A stretch of 64,000 nt of DNA from Azolla caroliniana (taxonomy: Eukaryota; Plantae; Polypodiophyta): assembly GCA_043228905.1 (NCBI GenBank), contig JBHGNT010000009.1, forward strand, positions 7,564,001 through 7,628,000. Reading direction: 5' to 3'. A model generated the notes under the pieces. That model saw nothing but the letters and a program-made list of their open reading frames with translations, did not search any database and was not told the DNA's origin. Each line of letters begins with the position of its first letter. Position 1 is the first letter of the stretch. The translations under genes were made by a program, and so were the position numbers. Positions 25,446-37,430 of the stretch are shown one piece after another.

Positions 25446-28181
25446 GTGTGGGGACCGGCACAAAGTGTAAGCCTTGGCGGGAGCCGATACTTCGTCTCCT
25501 TCATCGACGACTATACTCGACATACTTGGATCTACCTCATTGAGCGGAAGAGCGTTGTCTTCGACTGTTTCCGGAGCCTCCAGAAGATGGTGGAACGGGA
25601 ATCGGAGAGGAAGATCAAATGCCTTCGGTTGGATGGCGGAAAGGAATATTTTTCCGGCCAATTCACTAGTTATCTGCAGCAGAAGGGAATTCGGCGAGAG
25701 TTCAGCTGCAGATACACACCAGAGCAAAACGGTGTGGCCGAAAGGAAGAATCGGACACTCGTCGAAGCGGCAAGGGCAATGCTGGAGGAAAAGAGCATGC
25801 CCCGATTCTACTGGGCGGAGGCGGTTCAGACGGCCGTCTACATACAAAACTGCATTGGTGACAAGGTGTCAGCTCATGAGCTGTATTTCGGGCGCAAGCC
25901 GAACTTAAGACACCTTCGGATATTCGGCAGCATAGCGTATGTGCATGTGCCGGATCAGAAGCGGAGAAAGCTGGATGCAAAATCGGAAAAAAGCATCCTA
26001 GTCGGCTATGCTCAAGAGCAAAAGGGGTATAAGTGCTATAACCCCCGGACGAAGGAAGTCCGAGTTAGCCGGGATGTCGAGTTCAATGAATCGGCATCCT
26101 GGTACTCCGTACCGACTCCGACTTCCGATCCCGACCCACTGTCGGAAGATCAGGCCAGTGAGCCTGAATCAGCCCTGGCAGAGGACGATGAAGCCGGGAC
26201 TCAAGATGAGAGTCCTGAATCGTTTCGGTTGAGTGGACTGAACGAGCGACTGAGTCGGTTGGACCAGTCGGATGAAGAGACGGCAAGTGGTGGAGACTCT
26301 GTCGTGCTCTCCCCGCGCAAGGAACCGAGGAAACGGTTCACGCGCAAAGAGAAGGGGAAGAGGAAGATGCCGGAATTCGAAACCGGCAACGATGAGTCGG
26401 ATCGGTGCGTATCCGACTCCGGAAAGGAGAAAGGCAGAACTTCGGCAATGAAGACCGAACTGGCCAAGAAGGGCCTCAAATCAGGTGACAATGCGTTGCG
26501 CCGATCAACCCGCCAGAAGGATCCCGTCATGCGGTACGGGTACAATGAATACATGGCGCATCATTATGCGTACATGACTAAGGTGACAGAAGTGCATGAG
26601 CCGGAGAGCTACGCAGAAGCGGCAAAGGACGCAAATTGGTGTGCCGCTATGGACGAAGAAATGCGGGCACTCGATGCCAACGAAACTTGGGACCTAGTTG
26701 ATCCTCCCTGTCACTGTAAACCGATTGGATGCAAGTGGGTGTACAAGGTCAAGTACAACGCCGACGGTTCTGTTAACCGGTACAAAGCCCGGTTAGTGGC
26801 GAAGGGATACGCACAGACCCATGGAATCGACTACGACGAGACCTTCACCCCTGTGGCGAAGATGACGACGGTTCGTGTGGTACTGGCGGTTGCTGCGGCA
26901 AGGGGGTGGCATCTTCACCAGATGGATGTGAAGAACGCCTTCCTTCAAGGAGAGCTTGAAGAAGAAGTCTTTATGACTCAGCCCCCCGGATTTCAATCGG
27001 AGATGAGCAAGTCGGCGGTATGCCGACTGAAGAAGTCACTTTACGGCTTGAAGCAAGCCCCCCGAGCCTGGAACGCGAAGATCACGCACCGCTTGCGTAA
27101 GCTGGGGTTTGTTGTCTCTAAGTCGGACTCTTCGTTGTTCATCCGGCAAGGCTATGACAGTCCGGTATGTATACTCTTGTATGTGGATGATTTAGTCATC
27201 ACCGGACCGGGTCTTCCCGAAATCAACCGCGTCAAGTCCCAGTTGTCGGACGCATTCGAAATGAAGGACCTGGGGGACCTTCATTATTTTCTTGGGATCG
27301 AAGTGATCCGGACCCCCGACGGCATATTGCTCTCACAACAACATTACGTGTTGAATATGCTATATAAGTTCGGCATGACGGATTGCCGACCTGTCTCCAC
27401 AACCCTGGACCGGAACCAGAAGCTCCATCCCCACTCCGGACCGGCCTGCAATGAGAAACGGTTCCGACAGGTTGTCGAAAGCCTGATCTACTTGACCATC
27501 ACCCGGCCCGACATCAGCTATCCGGTCGGCATGGTAAGTCAGTTCATGCAGAAGCCGACCGTGGAGCACCTTCAGTGCGCGCAACAAATATTACGATATG
27601 TCAGCAGCACTAAGGACCGGGGTCTGCTATATCGGCGAGGTATACCCAAAGAGCTTGTCAGTTACACAGATGCTGACTGGGCCGGCGATGCGTCTGGTCA
27701 CCGCTCCACTTCCGGATACATGTTCTCCATAGGTAGCGCGGCCGTTGCGTGGAGCAGCAAGAAGCAGCCCACAGTGGCTTTGTCAAGCACTGAGGCTGAG
27801 TACCGGGCCGCTACCGTTGCCACTTGTGAAGCCATCTGGCTTCGGCGATTGCTGCGAGACTTGCGAATCGAGGTACCGACCCCGATCCTGATTTACTGCG
27901 ATAACATGAGCAGCCTGCAGCTCGCCAGGAACCCTGTGTTCCATGTTCACATAAAGCACATCGAGGCGCACTACCACTTCGTGCGTGAGCGGGTCCTGAG
28001 CGGTGAAGTTGACCTACGGTATGTTCATACGGATCGGCAAGTTGCCGACATCTTCACCAAGCCGCTCGGATCGGACAAGTTGCAGCACTTTACCGACATG
28101 CTTGGTATTCAGCATCTCGACGTGCCGCACTTGAGGGGGAGAAGCAAGGGCAAAGTATATACCGAAACGGGCAAAGGCTAA
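25446..28181 (+). CDS. Copia C integrase-RT-RNase H (open 911-aa frame, disconnected from gag)
   Basis: FIDDYTR, DGGKEY, YKARLVAKGY, LYVDD, YTDADWAG and ADIFTK. Confidence 0.9.
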   Translation: MWGPAQSVSLGGSRYFVSFIDDYTRHTWIYLIERKSVVFDCFRSLQKMVERESERKIKCLRLDGGKEYFSGQFTSYLQQKGIRREFSCRYTPEQNGVAERKNRTLVEAARAMLEEKSMPRFYWAEAVQTAVYIQNCIGDKVSAHELYFGRKPNLRHLRIFGSIAYVHVPDQKRRKLDAKSEKSILVGYAQEQKGYKCYNPRTKEVRVSRDVEFNESASWYSVPTPTSDPDPLSEDQASEPESALAEDDEAGTQDESPESFRLSGLNERLSRLDQSDEETASGGDSVVLSPRKEPRKRFTRKEKGKRKMPEFETGNDESDRCVSDSGKEKGRTSAMKTELAKKGLKSGDNALRRSTRQKDPVMRYGYNEYMAHHYAYMTKVTEVHEPESYAEAAKDANWCAAMDEEMRALDANETWDLVDPPCHCKPIGCKWVYKVKYNADGSVNRYKARLVAKGYAQTHGIDYDETFTPVAKMTTVRVVLAVAAARGWHLHQMDVKNAFLQGELEEEVFMTQPPGFQSEMSKSAVCRLKKSLYGLKQAPRAWNAKITHRLRKLGFVVSKSDSSLFIRQGYDSPVCILLYVDDLVITGPGLPEINRVKSQLSDAFEMKDLGDLHYFLGIEVIRTPDGILLSQQHYVLNMLYKFGMTDCRPVSTTLDRNQKLHPHSGPACNEKRFRQVVESLIYLTITRPDISYPVGMVSQFMQKPTVEHLQCAQQILRYVSSTKDRGLLYRRGIPKELVSYTDADWAGDASGHRSTSGYMFSIGSAAVAWSSKKQPTVALSSTEAEYRAATVATCEAIWLRRLLRDLRIEVPTPILIYCDNMSSLQLARNPVFHVHIKHIEAHYHFVRERVLSGEVDLRYVHTDRQVADIFTKPLGSDKLQHFTDMLGIQHLDVPHLRGRSKGKVYTETGKG

Positions 28182-28235
28182 AAAATTGTTGAACCCGTCG
28201 GTAAGAGGAGAGCCGGAAGAAGAGGAGACAAGAAG

Positions 28236-28625
28236 ATGAAGGAAGCCGAGTCAACGAAGGAAGTCGACACATCCGAACAAGTCGGAGCAAGCAGCCGTGA
28301 AGAAGAGTTGTGCACTCAGGAAGAGAAGTGCATGCTGTGCGGAGGTAATCACGACGGCACTAACCATGATGCGGAGTCGAATGAAGAATTCGATTTCGGT
28401 TCACCGGCTGAAGAAGCCGAGGGAAGCATGGAGAAGGCCAAGACTCGGATGTGGTCCGATGTGGTGAGAGGCCTGAAGCCGGAAGTCGAATCGGAGTGTA
28501 CCGATTCGGACAAGAGCTGGAACGAGTCGGAAACAGCTGACTCGGACCAACAGATGGATTCGGATGAGTCAGATCGACTGAAGGCCAAGGGGACACGGAC
28601 ACAGCGGAAGTCGATGCCATCGTAG
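28236..28625 (+). CDS. Small acidic extra ORF in the Copia C 3' region (unknown function)
   Basis: 129-aa open frame between pol and the PPT; contains CMLCGGNH. Confidence 0.35.
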   Translation: MKEAESTKEVDTSEQVGASSREEELCTQEEKCMLCGGNHDGTNHDAESNEEFDFGSPAEEAEGSMEKAKTRMWSDVVRGLKPEVESECTDSDKSWNESETADSDQQMDSDESDRLKAKGTRTQRKSMPS

Positions 28626-29196
28626 GAGAACCGACGGATCAGCAAGCGCCGGAGTCACAACAACGTGAGTGTTGAGATGGGCCTATTGAGCAGACATGCC
28701 GACCGAGAGGGTCGAGGCGCGCAGAACCAAAGGGGTCGCGGCAAACGGGACCGAACCGGACGAGGAGCGCGAGCAAGGCGGAGTGATGCCAGGAGAAGTC
28801 GGTTGGAAGAACCGACTGCCACAGAGGTCGACACTACGACCCCACCTCAGGTTGAGCTTGAGGGGGAGTGTTGAGCTGCAAGCTCAACCGGAGCCGGATC
28901 GGCTGAATAAGCCGGAGCCGGTAAGCGAGACGGATCGGGCGAAACGGATCGGTATTACGGTGAGCAACCGAACCGGCAAGCAGTGGAGGTCGGGTGCAAT
29001 CCGTAACCAGAAGTCCAATCGGAAGCCTAGTATAGGATAGACTACTAGGTAGCTATAGTCTCGTAGTAAGTGTCAGATGCTCGTGTGAGCATTGAAGTAC
29101 ATGGTACTTCTGTCAGTCCCAAGAGGACTTGTATAAATAGTGCTACTTAGCACAGTGTGTATACATAGTCTTGATATAATTTTGAAACTACGTTCT

Positions 29197-29244
<48 letters not shown>

Positions 29245-30047
29245 GTTCTCTGTTTTACGCTTCCACAAACACTTACGTTTACAGTAGCTAAATAGTTGTT
29301 AGTAGCTAAATAGCTGTTTCACCTTTATGTCCACTAGTAGCTAATTAGCTAATAGCTACTATAGCTTATTTCTGAATAAGCATCACATACGTTTGTTGAG
29401 ATTGCTTCTCAATAGACCAGACATAGCATTTACAGTTGGAACAGTGAGTTGATACATGAGTAATCCATGAAGAGCACACTGGGCAGTCGTAAAATGGATA
29501 CTTATGTACTTAAAAGGCACCTCAAGGGTATGTCTTAGGTATGGTTTCGGAAAACCTATGCTCGAAGGTTTTACCGACTCAGACATGTCGGGAGATGTAA
29601 ACTCTAGTTGATCCACATCAGGTTATGTGATGACCTATGTAGGGGGAGCAATGTCATGGCAGTCAAGACTACAGAAGATTGTGGCCTTGTTGACCACAGA
29701 GTTAGAGTATATGGCTGTTGTAGAGGCCAGTAAGGAGCTGATATGGATGAGGAGTTTCTTTAGTGAACTCGGAATGAAGCAAGGAGAATTCTTGCTCCAT
29801 TGTTAAAGTCAAAGTGCCATACACCTAGCCAAGAATACTACGTATCACTCTCAGACCAAGCATATACAGAGAAGGTATAACTTGTTACGAGAGAAAGTGG
29901 AGGAGGAAGAGTTCACCCTTGTAAAGATCCATATTGATGATAATGGATCTGACATGCTCATGAAGAACCTACCTGTGGACAAACTCAAAGTTTGTCGATA
30001 GAAGACAAGACTAGTCGACTCTGCCCATAGGAGTGAAGGGGGAGTTT

Positions 30048-30938
30048 TGTTAGGAATTTGTCCCTCCTATGAGACAAGTCGACAGTCAAAGTCTATGAGA
30101 GAAGATGACAGTTGAATGAACACAAGCCGAACATTGGCTCGTCAGTTGGATCGACCAACAAGTCGACAGGGTTGTCGACTGGTTCTTGGAGGAGATAGAG
30201 AGCCGACTATGATAGTTGGCTACATTGATGGATGCTCCAAGTGAAAACAAGGCAGACAAGTCAGGTTGACCAACTGGTCGAAGACAAAGCCGAAAAGTCG
30301 GGTCAACTGGATAGTTGACATGAGAATCAGTTAGTCGAGCTGACTAGACTGTCGACTTGTGTGTGGGTCAGATAGTCGAGTCGATCAATCGGCTGATTAA
30401 CGACTATTCTTGTTCTTTTTAGATAATAATAATAATAACATATTCCTATCTAGAAATAGGAAGAACTAGGGCAAACTAGTTAAGTGGAACATAACGAAGT
30501 GTAGTATAGTGTTGTTGTGCTGAGAGTAGTAGAGAGTAGGAACAGAGACGTGAGAGCGTGAGCGACGGGAGCCATAGTTGTGTGATACTAGACGCCAAGA
30601 CACTTGTGTGGCTGATACACTGTATAGAGAGTGTTGTAATATGTTCTTCCTTGTATATCTCTGTTATAGTGATTCTTTGTTGTCCATGGTTTTCCCCTGT
30701 TTAGGGTTTCCATATTACAACACTCTCTATACACTCTGTATAGAGAGTGTTGTAATATGTTCTTCCTTGTATATCTCTGTTATAGTGATTCTCTATTGTC
30801 CATGGTTTTCCCCTGTTTAGGGTTTCCACATAAAACACTGTGTACTCTGTGCATTCTTTGTGTTTTGCTATTTCCCGTTTTCCGCGTTGTGTATTTTTTA
30901 GTTTGTATTTCTCAGAGATAAACGATTTGATCCCATCA
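30048..30938 (+). repeat. Copia A 3' LTR with an internal ~115-bp tandem duplication (~30616-30836)
   Basis: TGTTAGG follows the PPT; probable end ...tcccatca; duplicated tgtatagagagtgttgtaatatg block. Confidence 0.7.
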
Positions 30939-31589
30939 TATCGTAGCTAGTTACAAATTATCTTAGTAGGTTGTCAATATAGCTTTTTTGTATGAGAAAG
31001 ATTCACTTACATGTGTTTTGAAAATGACAAGTGAATGAGATGGTCTCTTGGATTGAAGTTGTTCAATAGGACACATTGTATCATCGTGGATAATCTCTTA
31101 TGTACTGGTGGGGATATCGACCATTGTCGGTATTATTTGAAGTGTAGGATCAACTGCTTGTTAGATAGCTTACGAGTGTGTTGAGATGAGCCATCAAGAG
31201 AGGTAGTTTGATCAGGTAGTTGGTCTATTGAGATGGGTCCTCAAGATAGATAGATATCTTTTTCATGTCCACAAGAGACCAATTATGATGATCTATGAGA
31301 TGAGGCCTAGTTCGTGGAGAGGTAATTACATATGCAAAAGCTACTTAGGGATTTCTTTGTGCATTGTTGACTCGTTGTGTGATGCCACTCTTGCTCAAGT
31401 GCACGGGTCACTCGGGCCATACATAACATGTACATTGGAAGATCGGCCAAAAATCAGTTCACTCATCGAGTGCATCGTAGAGGATACAACGTATGTACCT
31501 TGGCTACTCGAGAAAGTAGGAGGTTCCCTTTGTGAATTGACCACCCCTCGTAAAGAAGCTTGTTTGGTTTGGAAACCAACTTCGTAGAG

Positions 31590-32110
31590 GTGGCTGATTG
31601 GATCAAATCCAAAGATTAGAGATTGCATCAAATTGGGGACATGCCAGACATCATGTAAAACCATGAGAGAACCACTCCGGAGTTTGAGATGTATGTCTTC
31701 AATGCTAATCACAATGAAGTTTTGTCAGTTGCCTATTGGAACCGGCTCAAAATCCATGGCAATATACTAATAGAATTGGGATTGGAGTGTAGTGACATGA
31801 TATGAAGTGTCAAAGTCGAGAATCAAGATTGTGGCTTTGTCCGTAGTAAATTGAACATCTGCTTCATTGGTGTGCTCAAGACTAAGGATGTTCATGTCTA
31901 GTACAAATTACACAAATTGGCTAATTTTGTTAATAACAGTTAAAGCAACAACATGGTTCCAACTTTTCAACCATTTGCATCAGTTTTTGGATTGCCCACA
32001 TCTTTGAGCTTTGTTGTTCTTCGCCTCCAAGGCTCAACATTTGGTTTTGATGTATCTAGGCTTCTTGTAGTAATTGCATGTTCAAGAGTCTCACAACTTG
32101 CTTTCACTCC
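31590..32110 (-). pseudogene. Highly degenerate Copia gag-knuckle/protease fragment
   Basis: DIHLKLRSGSLMVLHDVWHVPNLMQSLI; upstream ILDFDTSYHVT-like protease motif. Confidence 0.6.
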
Positions 32111-32729
32111 TTGAATTGATTGGGCCTAGAGAGGAAATTATCTTGCACGTTGTTAGTAAAAGTTTGCACGTTGTATGTATCACTAATTGATTTTTGTGAA
32201 AACATTTCATGAGGGATGTCTGATGGCACTTCTAGCCACAACATAAGTCAAATTCATCCTGCTAGAGTTGTAGAAAGTACCAGGCTAGACATTAAACACA
32301 TCTCTGCCGACTCAACCACATGCTGACTGACTTGTAAATATAAATTTAGATTAATTTTGTAATCTAGGTTTACGGGGAAGATAAACCCAAACACTTGTAC
32401 ATGCAGAAAAGAGTAGTCCTTTTACAAGGGAGTTTGTTGGCATAAAAGGCCGACTCCTTCCTATATGTATCCTAGTGTGAACTCATCCAAAGAGTTAGGG
32501 CTTAGTATATAAGCAATAACCTAATGGTGTAAAAGAGTGAGAGAACTTCTTGATCATCTCAGATAGCGATCTCTGAGTGAGAGTGAAAAAGAACTTAATA
32601 TATCAAAGCTTCCATTAAAGCTTCGAACGTATACCATTCTCTGTTTATTCTCTTGTCTTCCTTTTGTGTTGTTTGCTGAACACGATGATAGATCCTCACA
32701 CATACGTTTCCGCACATATTCGATCTTCA

Positions 32730-33041
32730 CCTGTGTGAGCATTTTCTTCAGATGATCGTAAGCGTATTGTTCTATTGTCGACCATTGAAAGGGTGTTTTA
32801 TGTATTGTTGTGTGCAGAGGTGTCGTGACATCAATCAAATACCGAATCAACTGATTGTGCCATCTAATTTGGCCCAAGAATCAGCACAGATCCTTAGTGT
32901 TTGCCGATGGTGGTGCCTTCATTATGGCTTTCACTTTATTTGGGTCGACAAAAATTCCGTCCCGACTAGCAATATGTCTGAGCGAAGTTTCGCTCGTAAT
33001 TCTGAATGCGCATTTGAACAGATTTAAACTTAGCCGGCCTT
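32730..33041 (-). pseudogene. Gypsy family 3 RT C-terminal fragment (host of family 2; continues from 46893)
   Basis: GRLSLNLFKC...VDPNKVKAI and GQIRWH; joins the 46505-46893 piece through TSD aaggc/gcctt. Confidence 0.85.
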
Positions 33042-36000
33042 TGTTGTCCATAGGCCAGAAATATAAATACAAAATATGTAAACTCGCCGGTAGGTAGAAA
33101 AGTAGGTGAGGAAATAGGTAGAACTAAAATAGTCGAGTGTTGAGCCCTCACAATTAGCCGACGGCTCGGCTTTGTGTAAAGAAGAAAACTATATAAGCCG
33201 AGACCTGCATACCTCGAGAAAAGGAGAGATACATAGATTATTTAGCAGGATTAATATCGTAGCACAGAGCTCTTCACAAAACTGTTTCCGGCTGAGAGCC
33301 GTGTACTGTAATCACTGTGAGCTTTCTCATTTAGTATAAATCTCGCTCTTACTGTTCCTTCATCTGTGTATTCTCCCCGTACTCGTAAACCGAGCTACGT
33401 CTACGTCTAACTGGTTGTAGCCAGTGTACATTCCCCGTTCCCCTAACATCTTCTCCGTGTAGAAGAAGCCTCCACGTAACAAGACCCCTTGATACCGATA
33501 GCCTGTGGGCTCATCGAAGGTGTTTCCTCCAGAAACAGTTAACACAATTTGGCATGCCCGATTACAGTTGTAAGGTCACAACGAACTACGTAGGAGGCAA
33601 ACCTCAGCCGCCATTATGGCGCCCAATCGCATCACACGGTCTCGCCCACCTGCCCGACGCCCTGAGCCAGTCGAAGGAACTTCCAACTCGGCGGTTACTG
33701 ACCAATCTTTCCAGGAACTATCGGAGGCCCACCGGTTGCAATCCTCGCCACCCGATACCCAGTCGTGAGTTGATTCCGCACCGATCTCCCCGCCAAGCCC
33801 TCCAGAGGTCACCCAACCTGACCCTAACCATTTTCCGGCTTTACCTAAAGACCCGGATCTCAATACCATGCCTTACCCTTACCCACGATATACAGACGGC
33901 CCCGACGCGGAATCGCACACCCGTGCTTTCGTGTCCACATGGCAAGCCAACCACTCGACGCAGCGGTTATCGGCTGCCGAAATCAAGTCCTCCAAAATCG
34001 CGGAATTTGCTCTAACCCTCAATGGCCCGACTGGTCGATGGTATTCCCACCTTGACGTGGGGGAGGTCACAACGTTCCAGGATGTCCAAACAAAGTTTCT
34101 AGAATTATTTCACCGCGAAGTTCCGAAGCGCGAACTGCTCCGGCAGTTCTTTTCCATGAGCCAAGAACCTCACGAGACGGTCGCCCAGTTCACGATCCGG
34201 TTTCAAGATCTCTACTGACAACTGGCCGACGATGTCTCCACACATCACATTCCGGATACCTTCCTTTCCAGCCTACGGGAGCCTCTACGGACGACTCTCG
34301 CACTTACCAACTTCTCTAACCAGACAATCGAGCAATTCATCGCACACGTCCTCGCCATCGATCGGACACAACATAGCACGACTTTCTCCACGGGCTATTT
34401 GCAAAGCACCCTTCCTCAGGAGGACAATCGTTTCCGACAAGCCCTCCAATGCACAAGATGCTCGGTTTTGGGCCATCTGGCTCTCGAGTGCCCTCACCGG
34501 CTACATTGTCCAATCTGTCAGTCCGGATCTCACACGATCGAACAATGTGAATACAACATGCTCAACCGCACAACGACGGCTCCGGTTCGCTAGATTGAGC
34601 CTCGAAATACATACTCACGGTAGGACGAACGTCAATCCTACTGACATCGGGATAACGAGCGACCACGATCCCCGGATCGTCAACGCCGTGATGACGACTA
34701 CCGCCGCGACGACAAACGCAACCGCCATGACAACCGCAGGAGATCGGATGACCGCCGTGACCAATACCGTGATGACCAATATAGAGCAAACGACGAGTAT
34801 GACCGGTACGACGACGACCGGGATGAACGGTACGATCAACGGTATTCACGAAATGATAGAAGAAACTCTTACTGAGGTTCGCGGAACAATTGATGGCATA
34901 ATGACAATCGTCGTCGGGACCCTCCTCCAAACATACCGCACAACTCTCTTCCCCATAATGCACCACGGGCCAACACGCCTACACAAGCGGCCGGGAACCA
35001 CTCACACCCTCTCCCACACACTGAGCATGGTAACACCAGCAACTCAGCATCGATTACCTACTTTAAGTGTAACCAACCCGGCCACTACGCTACCCAATGC
35101 CCAACCACGGACCGCGGCAAGGCCCCGACCGTGAATATTATTATGGCTGATGTTCAACACGTCACTAAACGCAGCAAAACCCAGGACATCCAATGACAAG
35201 TACAACATGATGTCCGACAAGTAGCCAAGGAATGGATTGACGCCGCCAACAAAAGCAACGTGGAGCAGATGCACACAGAGATGCAGGACATGACCATCGG
35301 AGCACCACAACCTACAGGACCATCCACCGTGGCAGAAGATGACCATCTGTGGGACACCCTTACCAGTTCTAGGATCTCGCTGCCATTGCATAAGCTTTTA
35401 CCGCTTATATGCCACGCTTTCGGGATACCTTGGCTACGCTCACGACTAACGACAAATCAGCCGCACCCCCTATTAACCTGACAGAGTCAGGGACGGGCCC
35501 ACCCATCATGGATTCCTAGAATCCAGCCGTGAAAATCATGATTAAGGGACGCGACCTTCATAGATGCATAATCGATGGTGGCTCCGGCGTGAACCTCATC
35601 AGCGAGGCCACATGTCACAAACTCGGTCTGAACCAATGGGAACCTTGCCCCTTTTGGCTTCGGATGGCCGATATGCGATCGGTTCACCCCATAAGGTTAA
35701 TCTGCCACCTCAACGTCACGTTAGGAGGCCACATGTTCACTATCTTGGCAATCGTGTTACGCCTCGAAGCTCTGGGTGCCTACCCAATGCTGCTTGGACG
35801 ACCCTAGCTGCGCATAGCAAATATTAAGCAACATTGGTAGCGAAATATGATCTCTTTCCACTGGGGGAAGACCAAGGTACGGATAATAACAGAAGAATAC
35901 CTAACCACACCCCACAACACCATACCCTTATACACGGAAGGGGTACACATTCTCGTCGAGTTAGCCGACAATGAGGTGAATGAATTCCTGGAAGATCATC

Positions 36001-37430
36001 CCACTATCATACTCCTCTTCGAAATAGACGCCATCTCGGCCTTCGGCACACCCCTAGACGAGGATGTCACGGAAGATTCACTTCCCTAGGACGAGCCAGA
36101 TTCCACAACTATCGCGGAATTACGACACACTTGGGTCGCGTTTGAACGAGAACTCGCCATCTCCCAGCGAGTCAAAGCATCAACACTCGAGTCACTCAAC
36201 CTCGGCTCCGACGAGAACCCGCGTACACTAGAAATCGCTAACAACTTACCAACCGACGAACGATCAACCCTCATACGCCCGTTCACGGATTATCAGGATG
36301 TATTCGCATGGTCTTACACGGATATGAAAGGATTGGATCCCCAATATTACCAACACCAAATACACCTCCTGCCTGACTCTTGACCGGTCCAACGACGACG
36401 ATACCGTATGAACCCCAACTATGCGGCTAAGGTCAAAGAAGAGATCGACAAGCTCCTTCGAGTAGTTTTTATACAACCAGTAAAAAGAGCCACATGGTTA
36501 AGCCCAATCATCGTCGTCCCCAAGAAAAACGGGAAAATCCGTGTTTGCGTTGATTACCGCAAACTCAATGTCGCGACAATCATGGATGGGTTTCCTCTCC
36601 AATTCACGGATAGTGTCCTCGACATGGGGTCTGGTCATGAATGCTACAGTTTTCTCTATGGGCTCAGTGGCTATAACCAAATCAGAATGCACCCAAATGA
36701 TCAGGAGAAAACGACGTTTGTCACGGAATGGGGTGTCTTCGTGGCCGAGGTAATGATGTTCGGATTAAAAACGGCATCAGCCACATTCCAACACATCATC
36801 ACCGAGATTTTCAACGAGTATATCCCGGCATTCATGCAAGTTTTCCTCAACGAGCATCTGACCTAGTTACGTCTCTGTCTCGATCGATGTCGACAAGCTC
36901 AGTTGAGCTTAAATCCGGCCAAATGCGTGTTCTTGGTGACAAGCGGCAACCTGCTCGGGCACATAGTCAGTAAGGAAGGTATCGCCATGGACCCGGATAA
37001 AGTACAAGCCATTCTGAACGCTCCCGCGCCCTCTACCGCGAAGGTCCTCAACCGATTCCTAGGCCAAATCAGATGGCATAGCCGGATGTTACGACACCTG
37101 GCCGATTTCGCGACTCCATTGCATGTGGCTATGCATAGACTCCCATTTCAGTGGTCTTCAATAGAAGACGAGGCTTACCAATCCTTGAAGTTAATGCTCT
37201 CTTATGCCCTTGTTGTACAACCACCAATCTGGTCGGAACCTTTTCACGTCTTCGTAGACGCATCAGATATAGCCATCGGCAGCGCGCTCATGCAGCTCAC
37301 AACACCAAATTGGTACCGGCCAGTGTATTACGCTAGCCGACGACTCTCGGCCGCAGAGAAGAACTATTCAACAATTGAACGTGAGGCCCTCAGTATGGTC
37401 TATAGCATCAACAAATTCCGGCATTACCTC
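33042..37430 (+). mobile_element. Gypsy family 2, 5' half (5' LTR 33042-33544, PBS 33550-33560, gag-PR-RT-RH), broken by the inversion
   Basis: 503-bp LTR matches the reverse complement of 46894-47396. PBS tggcatgcccg. MPYPYPRY gag, IIDGGSGVN, RVCVDYRKLN; the frame ends at KFRHYL. Confidence 0.92.

Larger units (their letters stand above)
23758..29283 (+). mobile_element. Young Ty1/copia element C with an internal protease deletion
   Basis: LTRs at 23758-24210 and 28869-29283; perfect TSD gtagc; PBS tggtatcagagc at 24211-24222; PPT gagggggag ending at 28868. Confidence 0.95.
8642..29414 (-). mobile_element. Ty1/copia element B (full-length, degenerate) nested in Copia A
   Basis: LTRs at 8642-9032 and 23457-29414 (the latter split by Copia C). 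TSD gaccc/gacca with 1 mismatch. tRNA-iMet primer-binding site (PBS) at 23445-23456 (minus). PPT next to 9033. Confidence 0.92.
23457..29414 (-). repeat. Copia B 5' LTR, split by Copia C (pieces 23457-23757 and 29284-29414)
   Basis: Homologous to 8642-9032; adjacent PBS gctctgatacca. Confidence 0.9.
7210..30938 (+). mobile_element. Old Ty1/copia element A (5'-truncated). RT at 7210-8641, RNase H at 29415-30030, 3' LTR at ~30048-30938
   Basis: PCIFLGYSKDEF, KNKWVYK, DVKTTFFHG and LKKSLYGLKQ motifs. The CMRP motif is split at 8641 and resumes as RPDIAF at ~29414. PPT gagtgaagggggag. Many stop codons. Confidence 0.85.
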
